From Giardia intestinalis (taxonomy: Eukaryota), in the NCBI GenBank assembly GCA_000002435.2, contig CM018792.1: 64,000 bases of DNA; one strand, given 5' to 3'. Shown here in pieces: positions 10,902 through 19,399 of this stretch. A program made the position numbers and the translations under genes. The notes under the pieces were generated by a model. That model ran no database searches. It saw nothing but the letters and a program-made list of their open reading frames with translations, and was not told where the DNA came from. Each line of letters starts with the position of its first letter. Positions within the stretch are counted from its first letter, which is position 1.

Positions 10902-11474
10902 TCAGCATCTCTGAAAGTCCATAGCAGGAGACGGCTGTCTCCGATTGAAGTCGGGACCACAGTGCGCCTTTATCTGTTTTGTTCGCCAGTCGTCCCAGTA
11001 AAAGCCGGTGCATCGCCCGCAGACGTACTTCTTTCCAAAGAGATCTCCTGGCTGGTAGCAGCAAGGGATAGCGTCTTCTGCTGTCCCGGCCTTGCTGCTA
11101 TGATCATTGAAAGGCAATAGATCCGAAGGTCTCAGTGCCTCATGGAACGTTGTGCATCCGTTGTTCAACCTCCACTCTTGACAGGCAAGTCCTCGGAGGG
11201 CCTCTTTATTAGCCTCACTCCTTTCTCTGTGGGCATAAGCGCGCTGTTTGTAACTGGTATAGTCGCCAAGCGTTTTGGTGTAGTTAAACGTGTTTACAGA
11301 CAGGTGTGGATCAAGCATGGCCATTGAGAAGATATCTGTTTGACAAGGCCTTGTTACTGCGTATATTGGGCAGCTCCCTCGGTGTGTGCGCAGATTCATT
11401 TTTGAAAACAGATGACCAATACTGCTGAAAGTACGCCCGGAACCGACTATGGGGTATAGTGAAATATACAGCAT
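10902..11474 (-). CDS. Short member (C) of the same Cys-rich family.
   Basis: True ATG at 11474. It carries the KQRAYAHRERS motif (compare A: RQAYAYPKRR; D: RDQAYVHALQ) and a C-terminal cluster CCYQPGDLFGKKYVCGRCTGFYW resembling D's GCCGEVFDPDHPCCEAC. Confidence 0.4.
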   Translation of the reverse strand: MLYISLYPIVGSGRTFSSIGHLFSKMNLRTHRGSCPIYAVTRPCQTDIFSMAMLDPHLSVNTFNYTKTLGDYTSYKQRAYAHRERSEANKEALRGLACQEWRLNNGCTTFHEALRPSDLLPFNDHSSKAGTAEDAIPCCYQPGDLFGKKYVCGRCTGFYWDDWRTKQIKAHCGPDFNRRQPSPAMDFQRC

Positions 11475-11719
11475 GAGATTCTAGCATGCCAACTGAACCC
11501 TTTTATAGGATTTCCTTACAGACTAGAAGATATAAGGGTAGACCGTAAGACTTAGACTGCTGCTGTATGCCAATTCAATCCAGGGCTCGTCTACTCATAT
11601 AACCATTTTGCTGTAAGGCTTCGTTTGCTCTCAGATTGACGTCCTCTCATCCGGAAAGTTTGATGACGACAATTTCCAAATTGATAGATTGTTCAGTACA
11701 ATTCAAGAGAACATTTACA

Positions 11720-12646
11720 TTAATAGTTTCCTTTCCACGTTCTGTGAAAGTGTGCTGCTGGCTTGGAACCTGTGAGCGACCAATCGAGCATGTGCTGCCT
11801 TTGGGTGTTCTTGGCTTGAAGCGCGTGCACATATGCCTGATCACGTTTCGAGTCAACAAGATCGCACGTTTGGGATGTGTAAGACACGTTTGCAATGTCC
11901 GTTGATTTATAGGGATTGTATAGATGGATTCTTCCAGATCTTAGATGAGGGCTAAGCGAGGTATATAAAGCTTGAGTCGGAACATCATACCAGCTGTCTC
12001 CGCGGGAGGTTTGAAGAATGGGTGGTTCATTTGGATTGACAACGTAACGGGTAGTTGTCTTCAGAGGACAGGTAGTATAATACTTCTCTTGCTTGCGTGC
12101 ATTCGCTGATTCCGTGAAAGTAATGGCCTTTTGTGGAAGACTGCATACATAAACGGGACGTGAAGCTTGTGCATTTAATGTACCTCTTGCACATCTGGGA
12201 TTTCTTCGCATTGTTTGTGCAAATCCTTGTCTTGTATTAGGACGCCTGCCGTGCGCCTCTGCACAGGCCTCGCAACAGGGGTGGTCTGGATCGAAGACCT
12301 CGCCGCAGCATCCCAGTGCGCCCTCCCCGAAGGCACGGGGGCCAGGCCTGGGGCTGCACTGGGAGAAGCTGCGCGGCGGGCAGCCCGGGTCGATGCACGG
12401 ACGGCCGTTCTCGATGGGGTCGATGGCCTGCCACTCGGGGTCGAGGGCGCGGCGGGCCATGCGGCGGCGCTCAAAGGCGAGGTACTGGTTGACGTCGTCC
12501 TGGGTGACATTGTTGTTCGGGGGGCAGTGGCACCCGTGCCTCTCCCAGTTGGGACACTCGCAGCACTTGCAGGGATTCAGCGTGGTGACCCCGCAGTATC
12601 TAGGGCCGTCCTCCTGCCTGTGGAGCGCGGGTCTGGCGGAAAACAT
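11720..12646 (-). CDS. Cysteine-rich protein, paralog D.
   Basis: True ATG at 12646 with aacttaaaaATG upstream. N-terminal cluster CKCCECPNWERHGCHCPP, then PCIDPGCPP, GCCGEVFDPDHPCCEACAEAHG and RDQAYVHALQ. It ends ...KGNY. Its 5' half (about 12200-12650) is conspicuously GC-rich. Confidence 0.55.
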   Translation of the reverse strand: MFSARPALHRQEDGPRYCGVTTLNPCKCCECPNWERHGCHCPPNNNVTQDDVNQYLAFERRRMARRALDPEWQAIDPIENGRPCIDPGCPPRSFSQCSPRPGPRAFGEGALGCCGEVFDPDHPCCEACAEAHGRRPNTRQGFAQTMRRNPRCARGTLNAQASRPVYVCSLPQKAITFTESANARKQEKYYTTCPLKTTTRYVVNPNEPPILQTSRGDSWYDVPTQALYTSLSPHLRSGRIHLYNPYKSTDIANVSYTSQTCDLVDSKRDQAYVHALQAKNTQRQHMLDWSLTGSKPAAHFHRTWKGNY

Positions 12647-12700
12647 TTTTAAGTTGCCCAGAGCGCCGGCCCCAGCTTCACAGGAGGGAGACGTGGGGGA

Positions 12701-13633
12701 CTACTCTTTAGGCATATCAGTCAGAAGAGAATGCAGCGTTTCTGCTGCAGCCAACTGCTGATGGATACTACTAACAGCTCTGCTCACTGTACTTTCAGAA
12801 TCAACACCATTGACCCCTGTCTTGCGTTGTTCTAATATAATTTGCTCAAGGGAGTGTTGAAGGTTTTGCAGATAATGATGTATAGCCTTTGTCTGTTGAT
12901 CAATCTTGCTTGTGTTGGTAGCAATTGTATCTTCAAATTTATTCACCCGGTCTAGTGCGGACTGCAGCCGTGGTTTTTGAGCCTGCTCCTGCTTAAGTTG
13001 CAATTCGAGGTCTTCAATACGAGCCTGCAGTTCAGCAATCTGAGTTGATTGCTCGTTAAGTCTTGTCTGTATCTTCCTTAGAAGTTTGTTAGCAATGGCT
13101 GATCGGGACAGTAATCTTTGTGTCCTCTTCTGTTCTGTATTTATTGAGTGAACGATGTTATCTATAAGCTCATGTCGATAATCCATCTCCTTCTTGACAT
13201 CTTCAAGCAGCTTGTTCTTTATCCCCTCTATCCGTCCGTCCCTATCATTTAAAAGCTTGTGGACAATCGGTTCTACTTTTTCGCGATCGAAAACCATGGT
13301 TTGTTGGTTGGGGCTGATCAAGTCAGAGATAGATAATGGTCTTTGCAGCTCAGAACGCTGGTTGAGATCTTGATCCCTTGTGGGGGATGCATGGTAGATA
13401 GTGCGGCTTGGATGTCTTGCCCCAATGTCCTGCAGGCTTCTGCGAACGGCACTTAGATGCCCAAATGCCGGTGACTGTATTCTAGGTATGAGAGTGGAAG
13501 GAACTTGAGAAGTGTCTTTCACGGGACTTCTGGTCGTTTGAAGAGGTGTATTAGTACATCCACAACTAGTGTACCGGACGTGGTGAGGTTGGCGCGGATC
13601 CTGTGTGCCAATAACACTCTTAGCACGATACAT
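12701..13633 (-). CDS. Coiled-coil protein, about 310 aa.
   Basis: The C-terminal half is heptad-like (IAELQARIEDLELQLKQEQAQK). The track start 13753 is not the best start. The ATG at 13633 (MYRAKSVIG) sits on ttttatatttcc...ATG and is divergent from the helicase gene. Confidence 0.5.
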   Translation of the reverse strand: MYRAKSVIGTQDPRQPHHVRYTSCGCTNTPLQTTRSPVKDTSQVPSTLIPRIQSPAFGHLSAVRRSLQDIGARHPSRTIYHASPTRDQDLNQRSELQRPLSISDLISPNQQTMVFDREKVEPIVHKLLNDRDGRIEGIKNKLLEDVKKEMDYRHELIDNIVHSINTEQKRTQRLLSRSAIANKLLRKIQTRLNEQSTQIAELQARIEDLELQLKQEQAQKPRLQSALDRVNKFEDTIATNTSKIDQQTKAIHHYLQNLQHSLEQIILEQRKTGVNGVDSESTVSRAVSSIHQQLAAAETLHSLLTDMPKE

Positions 13634-13658
13634 GACGCTCGGAAATATAAAAGCACCT
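13634..13658. promoter_or_regulatory. Bidirectional AT-rich initiator (aaatataaaa) between head-to-head genes.
   Basis: 25 bp lie between CAT (13631-13633) and ATG (13659). The only AT-rich stretch is ggaaatataaaagc. Confidence 0.4.
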
Positions 13659-15458
13659 ATGTTCATTCGCAACCGTCCCTCGCCACTGCCACTAAACACA
13701 CCTGAACCACAGCTTCGCAGAGCCTTGCCAACAGAGAGTGACGCAAAGAGCACTTCATTGAATGGTCTCCTTCAGGAGCTCCACAATGCAGATAGGAGAG
13801 ACAGTACCCCACACGGTGATAGCGCCTCGACCCAGATAGGGCACTCTAGCTTTGAATATCTGGATCTGAAAAGGACCGCACAACTACGAGCACAGGCATC
13901 TCAGACTCGTCTTGCCGAGAGGCTGACAGCGTCAATCTCCGCGGCCGAGGAAGCCCATCCTCTGGGACACAGTTCCATGCCCCTTCCTTCCATGCCGGAT
14001 AGGTCAGATGAATTGAACTCCGACGATTTCCACATTTCTGACTTCTTTGATGAAGCTTCATCCAAGCACAAACACACCGTTGTTAAAGCGGCAATATCCT
14101 CATGGAACCAGCTTCCTGGATTTACTACAGACCTCTTTCAGGGGATGATACGCTCAGAATATACGCAGTTGACTCCTGTGCAGACAGTGGTCCCCATGTT
14201 GCTTGTTCATGGCTATAATGTTATCTGCTCGGCTCCAACAGGGTCAGGGAAAACCCTTGCATTCCTCGTCCCACTTATAATTCACATGCAGCGGGTAAGA
14301 CTCATGTGGCCTGATGACCCCAATTTGCAAAGTACCTGTTATGCGTTGGTGCTGACGCCGACCCGCGAGCTTGCGATGCAAATACACTCTGTCTTGCTCG
14401 AGATTATTAGCCAATCTAGCATCACTCTGACAACATCTCTCCTAATAGGCGGCTACACACCCACTGAGATGCATCCCAATGTCATCGTCGGTGTGCCAGG
14501 AAAGGTGGAACACTTTGTTCTGGGATATAACTCTCACAAGTACTCCTTGAGGAAGTGCTCGTATATCGTCCTGGATGAGCTGGACGAGCTCTTAGACGCT
14601 GGGTTTATAGAGCAGGTGTCTACGATACTAAAGGTATGTGCACGTGATAAGCAGATCGTCGGCACGACAGCCACACTCAGCAAGCAGGCCCATAAAGTAG
14701 TAGAAGATGCTGGGCTGATTAATAGAGACTGCTTGAGAAAAACCTTTAAGTGCGCAATGGCTGGAAGTGTTTTGCAGCCAAACGTGCGGATTGCACAGAT
14801 ATTCGTGGAGTTTAGCTCTTCGTTATTGGGGAACCAGACTAGTCTATCAGTGGCAACGACCAATCCACTACTTCCGGATCCGTCCACTTATCTTTCAAAG
14901 CAAGAGATCTTGGCGAGTATCCTTCAGGTCCACTATAGTACACGGCCGACCAGCCAAACGATTATCTTCCTGGCATCTAAAGAGAATGTGGACAGCCTAC
15001 TAGAGTACCTGCTGAGGTCTAAAGCTAAAGACTCTTATTCTGCTTTATATCACTGTGAAGTAGCGGCGTTCCATAGTGGTCAGGAACAACAAAAGCGTAC
15101 CACAGTTATATCGCGTTTCCGGGCCAATCAAATACAAATACTGATCACTACTAGTGGGGGTGGCAGAGGCCTTGACTTTCCTTCTGTCTGCCTGATTATT
15201 AACTACGACATTCCCCGATGCGCTGAGTACTATGTTCACCAGATCGGCCGAACTGCACGCGGAATGGCCACAGGTACAGCACTCACCCTTGTTGATTTGA
15301 ACGATGATGTAAAGTATTTGGCAGAACTGGCTGTGCGTGTGGCAGGCGTGCGGAAGCGACTGAGCAAAGATGCGACTTATAAAACTAATGGTATGCCCCT
15401 CCCTCCTTCCTTTAATCAAGAACATAACACACTAAGACTGACCCTTTGCATCAGATGA
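13659..15458 (+). CDS. DExD-box ATP-dependent RNA helicase.
   Basis: Motif I is APTGSGKTLAF, Ia is LVLTPTRELAMQ, II is VLDELDELL (DELD variant), III is TATLS, and VI is HQIGRTAR. The track start 13605 is GTG. In-frame ATGs lie at 13632 and 13659, and I favour 13659 (aaatataaaagcacctATG). Confidence 0.85.
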   Translation: MFIRNRPSPLPLNTPEPQLRRALPTESDAKSTSLNGLLQELHNADRRDSTPHGDSASTQIGHSSFEYLDLKRTAQLRAQASQTRLAERLTASISAAEEAHPLGHSSMPLPSMPDRSDELNSDDFHISDFFDEASSKHKHTVVKAAISSWNQLPGFTTDLFQGMIRSEYTQLTPVQTVVPMLLVHGYNVICSAPTGSGKTLAFLVPLIIHMQRVRLMWPDDPNLQSTCYALVLTPTRELAMQIHSVLLEIISQSSITLTTSLLIGGYTPTEMHPNVIVGVPGKVEHFVLGYNSHKYSLRKCSYIVLDELDELLDAGFIEQVSTILKVCARDKQIVGTTATLSKQAHKVVEDAGLINRDCLRKTFKCAMAGSVLQPNVRIAQIFVEFSSSLLGNQTSLSVATTNPLLPDPSTYLSKQEILASILQVHYSTRPTSQTIIFLASKENVDSLLEYLLRSKAKDSYSALYHCEVAAFHSGQEQQKRTTVISRFRANQIQILITTSGGGRGLDFPSVCLIINYDIPRCAEYYVHQIGRTARGMATGTALTLVDLNDDVKYLAELAVRVAGVRKRLSKDATYKTNGMPLPPSFNQEHNTLRLTLCIR

Positions 15459-18203
15459 TCCCAGGTGGTAATCAGCGATAACATTCGCTACACGCCCTAT
15501 TTTCTCACGAAGTAGATCAATCGTTGTGCCAATGAGCTTCAACGAAGTTTCTTTTTTATGAAGATTTTCGTTATCCAACCAGAGCTTCTGAACCTGTTCG
15601 AAGCAACGAAGAGAGTCGGCGAGAAGGCCATGCTTTATAACAGGATCACAGGTCGGAAGCTGGGAAAGAAGTTTAGCTGTTTCAAAAATGCATGTCTGCA
15701 TTGAATCGCGATCATCGAATGTCAAAAATTTCATAATCTCATCTTTGGAAAACTCCTTTCGCTTGAAGTGGTATTCTTGAAGTAGTCGTGCACGAGAGTC
15801 CGCCTCATACGTTTTGCAGACAGCCCTCCATGCCTCAATTGCTCGACTGCAATGCGCAGCGACTGTACTAATGAGGACAGAATCTTTATCTGGCAGAGGA
15901 TCTATCTGCTTAAGTTGTAATTGCGCAGCGTACTCCATGTCTTCAGTAAGCCTCTTGAGGTACGGGTTACATGCGATATCTCTGCTCACAATGTGATAGA
16001 TCGCAGTCCTGGCTTCTGCCACCTCCACCTGCAAAGAAGCAATAAGCTTGCTGTAGTGGTCTAAGGAAAGTTCAGGGATGACCTTTTCAAGGGTTGTACA
16101 GCGTCTGGTATGTAGCTTAATTAGAGGAGTATAGCTGACCTTCTCTGCCTCTTCTGAGGTAGCGCTGTTAGTCAAAAAATCAAGTCGTGCCTCTTCATAG
16201 TAGGCATAAATCTGATGTAAAGTTGAGATATCTAAAAGAATTTGGCAGTGATCGGTCACAAATCCATCAAGAATGAAGTATCGTGATGCAGCTATGAACT
16301 GTCGGTATGAGTCATAGAACAATGTTCGTACAAGCGGCTCTGCAAGGAAAAGATTCTGAAGCTTTGGTGTTGTGACCTTCTCGCCACTCTTCTCATCAGT
16401 TTCACTCTCAGGATCAACGTCTCCTTTGGTTTGCAGTCCCAGCTTGCGAAGCTGTCGTTTTGCTGCTGCTTCCAGAGTTGCCTCCAGGTCAGGTGCGAGC
16501 AGCAAATCATAGAGTTCCCTGACAGAGGAGACACACTCATCCTGCGATATCTGGCAAACGGCCTTGATTTGCTTATGTGCTAGCTCCTTATCATCGTTGC
16601 TCAGATCTTCTGATGATGTGTACTGAATTTTCATTTGCTCTCTACGAGCCTCCAAGAGCAGTTCTCGGCGTTGGTAGCTATTAGATAATATCTGAGAATA
16701 AAGGCGAGCACGTTCCGTGCGGATTTGGGCTAGCACTTCTCGAGCCGTGTCAAGGCTAAGGATGCTCCGAATCACGGCTACAGACTCCACCTTTTGCCTA
16801 GCTCTAAACTGCAAGTATGCTACATCATCTTCTGGCATATTTTCATTTGCGGGTAAATCCTTTACATACTGTGCTCTCTCCTTTGGCCCGTATTCAAAGA
16901 GGACTTCCTCTGCAACATCAATCAATGTAAAACTGGGCCTGAAAATGTTATTTGTCGTATAGTATTTCTGCAATGTGAGACAGTTTATTATGAAATCTTG
17001 CGGGTCGAAGTCTGGATTGAGAGCTCGCTGCTTATACTGTCTCGAGATGGTCATACCACAATACTCAGCAGATTGGCACGGGCTATCCTCTCCGTAAACC
17101 TGTGCTAAAAAGTATATTGTATAGGTATTCAAACTAGAAATCATCTTACTGCTGCAGACAGGAAGGATGAAGGAGAGCTTGTCGGAACAGCTCCGTTGAA
17201 AGAAAGGATGAGCACTGTTTGGAAGGTACAGCATGTGGGTATGCAGCTCCTTCCCGTCGCCATCGTTCAAAGGTTCTGTAATCAGAAATGGATCATCGTA
17301 ATCAAAGAGGCACATAGCTGACTCTGCACTCTTTAGTATATTGAGTGCCAGCTTGCGATTCTCTCTGTTAGCCCATATTACGCCTAAGTAATTCAATGCT
17401 AGGACGTAGAATGGCAGAAGCTGAATCTGTATCGTGGTTGTCATGGCAGGAGCACCAGCGCAATCCCCGACGCAGGACAGCTTAAGAAGTGTTTCCTCCA
17501 TTCCAAATTTGGGAGGCTTTGCATGCTTAACGTCGTCGCTTTCCTCTACTGCACTTGTTACCTCTGTAATAAAGGCAGCATCAGGCTCCGTTGTGTTCTG
17601 CGTAAGTGCATCAAGATCCATGCTACCCAGGCCATCCACTAAAGTAGTCGCGTATGCAGCTGATGGGTCAGTAGGGTCTAGCTCCGGATGGGAGGATTCG
17701 TCTGTGTCCTTAAGATTGGCCATTAGCTTTTCATGAGTACATGCTGCTTGATGTGTTTCGGGGTGTAGGACGTTAGCTAGCTTCAAGTAGTCGTTATAAC
17801 TGTCCGCAAAGAAGGACCAAAATTGAGTAAATCGCTTCTCTGTTTTTACCGGTGGCTGGAACGACAAGAAAGACGGCGCCCCAGAGAATAGCGAGTGGAT
17901 ATTCAAGGATTTAATAATATCGGCATTTTGGAAGCGAGCCACAAAATAGACGACAGCGGTGAATAGAAAGTCTATTGCAGCGGTAGGCTCATCTGTCTCT
18001 GCGGCGATTTTTCCTCGAAGAGCGTAGAGCACGGCTTGGAGGTCGAGTGTATACTCACTTTCATTTATTCCTAGTTGCTCCAAAAGGGCTTCTAACCAAC
18101 GCACAGCCTCATATTTCGGCTTATACGGATCACTTTCTGGCCCTACCTCATCTATTAGGGAAGCAATCCTATCCAAGCTCTCTCTCAGTTGATCAGATGC
18201 CAT
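15432..18203 (-). CDS. Hypothetical protein, about 923 aa.
   Basis: A long clean ORF. The ATG at 18203 (MASDQLRESL) is only 7 bp (TTTTAAA) from the divergent phosphatase ATG. An alternative ATG at 18290 would overlap that gene. Its 3' end overlaps the helicase 3' end by 27 bp. Confidence 0.6.
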   Translation of the reverse strand: MASDQLRESLDRIASLIDEVGPESDPYKPKYEAVRWLEALLEQLGINESEYTLDLQAVLYALRGKIAAETDEPTAAIDFLFTAVVYFVARFQNADIIKSLNIHSLFSGAPSFLSFQPPVKTEKRFTQFWSFFADSYNDYLKLANVLHPETHQAACTHEKLMANLKDTDESSHPELDPTDPSAAYATTLVDGLGSMDLDALTQNTTEPDAAFITEVTSAVEESDDVKHAKPPKFGMEETLLKLSCVGDCAGAPAMTTTIQIQLLPFYVLALNYLGVIWANRENRKLALNILKSAESAMCLFDYDDPFLITEPLNDGDGKELHTHMLYLPNSAHPFFQRSCSDKLSFILPVCSSKMISSLNTYTIYFLAQVYGEDSPCQSAEYCGMTISRQYKQRALNPDFDPQDFIINCLTLQKYYTTNNIFRPSFTLIDVAEEVLFEYGPKERAQYVKDLPANENMPEDDVAYLQFRARQKVESVAVIRSILSLDTAREVLAQIRTERARLYSQILSNSYQRRELLLEARREQMKIQYTSSEDLSNDDKELAHKQIKAVCQISQDECVSSVRELYDLLLAPDLEATLEAAAKRQLRKLGLQTKGDVDPESETDEKSGEKVTTPKLQNLFLAEPLVRTLFYDSYRQFIAASRYFILDGFVTDHCQILLDISTLHQIYAYYEEARLDFLTNSATSEEAEKVSYTPLIKLHTRRCTTLEKVIPELSLDHYSKLIASLQVEVAEARTAIYHIVSRDIACNPYLKRLTEDMEYAAQLQLKQIDPLPDKDSVLISTVAAHCSRAIEAWRAVCKTYEADSRARLLQEYHFKRKEFSKDEIMKFLTFDDRDSMQTCIFETAKLLSQLPTCDPVIKHGLLADSLRCFEQVQKLWLDNENLHKKETSLKLIGTTIDLLREKIGRVANVIADYHLGSSDAKGQS

Positions 18204-18210
18204 TTTTAAA
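18204..18210. promoter_or_regulatory. 7-bp AT-only spacer (TTTTAAA) shared by two divergent start codons.
   Basis: The sequence CATTTTTAAAATG spans 18201-18213. Confidence 0.45.
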
Positions 18211-19398
18211 ATGCTCCTCCTACTTTGCTTCTCCCTCTGCGTCGCCACTGTATTTTCTGACGAAAAGGCTCGTTTGCTAAAGGTGTTCATTTATACCCGC
18301 CACGGGGCTCGATCCCCATACACTGCCTTTCCACGAGACAATGTATCATGGTACTGCGACGAAATCACGGCGGATTCGGTTGCCTATGCTTCTGAAGGGA
18401 TAATGCAAGAGATCGGGAAGGGTTTTCTGCATTTATACGACAAGTCAAACGTCCTTCCTGGAACCTGCTACCAAGGCCAACTAACAAGCGTTGGCTTAGC
18501 CGAACAATACCTGCTTGGAACTAAATATCGGTATAAGTACATCCATGCGCTCCGCTTTGCACCAAAAGAGTTCGATCCTAGCTTTTTCCGTTTGCGCTCC
18601 ACAGACATTACCCGGACCAGGCAGTCTTTAGCATCTCAGCTGCTAGGCTGGTATGGGGACTCTATTTCTCACAAGCATCTTCACCCAGTAATTAACATTC
18701 AAGAAAAAGACACCGATCCTCTCGCAGATCAAAGCTGGTGCATCGCCTTCTCATCAGTTAAGAAACGCCTCCAGGTTACCAATTTAGACCTTATCGCCGT
18801 CCACAGTGATCGGCTTCATGAGCTGCAAAACATACTTGGATATGGAGGAGACGAGGGAGATGACGAGTACGACTTGTGGTATACCATTTGGGATAACTTG
18901 ATAACCAGAACATGGCTTGGGATGTCTTTGCCTCAGAACGTCACATATGCAGATGTCGTCACCGGGAACAATGTTGCAGATATTTTCACTGCACTCCTTT
19001 ACTGCAATAAGGACCCCAGCGTCTCCATGTTTATGAAGCGGGCTAGAATAGGTCCTTACATTGCAGAATTGATGGGCTTACTCACCGCGGAAGACGGCCC
19101 TAGAGCTGAGAAGATTCACATCACTGCTTGCCATGACACAACCATCATGCCTCTCATGGCCACCTTTGCAGAGTCCAACTGGGACTGCAACTGGCCTCCT
19201 TATGCATCTCATATTGAGCTAGAGATTTGGGAGCACGGGTCCGAAAAGTATGTGAGGCTCTACTATATGGGCAAACGTGTTTTACCTGCTGGATGCACTG
19301 ATAGTCGCATATGTCTTCTTGACGACTTCATTAGTAAGATTCGCGAGGTGTCCGTGCCATATGAGGATTGGAATAGCATTTGTACGGTCGAGAAGTGA
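18211..19398 (+). CDS. Histidine acid phosphatase (lysosomal/peripheral-vacuole type) with an N-terminal signal peptide.
   Basis: The signature is FIYTRHGARSPY (RHGxRxP). The N-terminus MLLLLCFSLCVATVFS is hydrophobic. True ATG at 18211. Confidence 0.85.
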   Translation: MLLLLCFSLCVATVFSDEKARLLKVFIYTRHGARSPYTAFPRDNVSWYCDEITADSVAYASEGIMQEIGKGFLHLYDKSNVLPGTCYQGQLTSVGLAEQYLLGTKYRYKYIHALRFAPKEFDPSFFRLRSTDITRTRQSLASQLLGWYGDSISHKHLHPVINIQEKDTDPLADQSWCIAFSSVKKRLQVTNLDLIAVHSDRLHELQNILGYGGDEGDDEYDLWYTIWDNLITRTWLGMSLPQNVTYADVVTGNNVADIFTALLYCNKDPSVSMFMKRARIGPYIAELMGLLTAEDGPRAEKIHITACHDTTIMPLMATFAESNWDCNWPPYASHIELEIWEHGSEKYVRLYYMGKRVLPAGCTDSRICLLDDFISKIREVSVPYEDWNSICTVEK

Positions 19399-19399
19399 A

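Noticed and set aside
13605-13607. ORF-track start codons at 13605 (GTG), 2513, 9902, 31644, 53624 and 63973 (all TTG), 8851, 33821, 49926 and 52582 (all GTG) and 47852 (TTG).
   Set aside because: The track translates non-ATG codons as Met. Giardia is not known to initiate at non-AUG codons, so I moved the starts to the first in-frame ATG with an AT-rich upstream element, and listed the track coordinate in the evidence.
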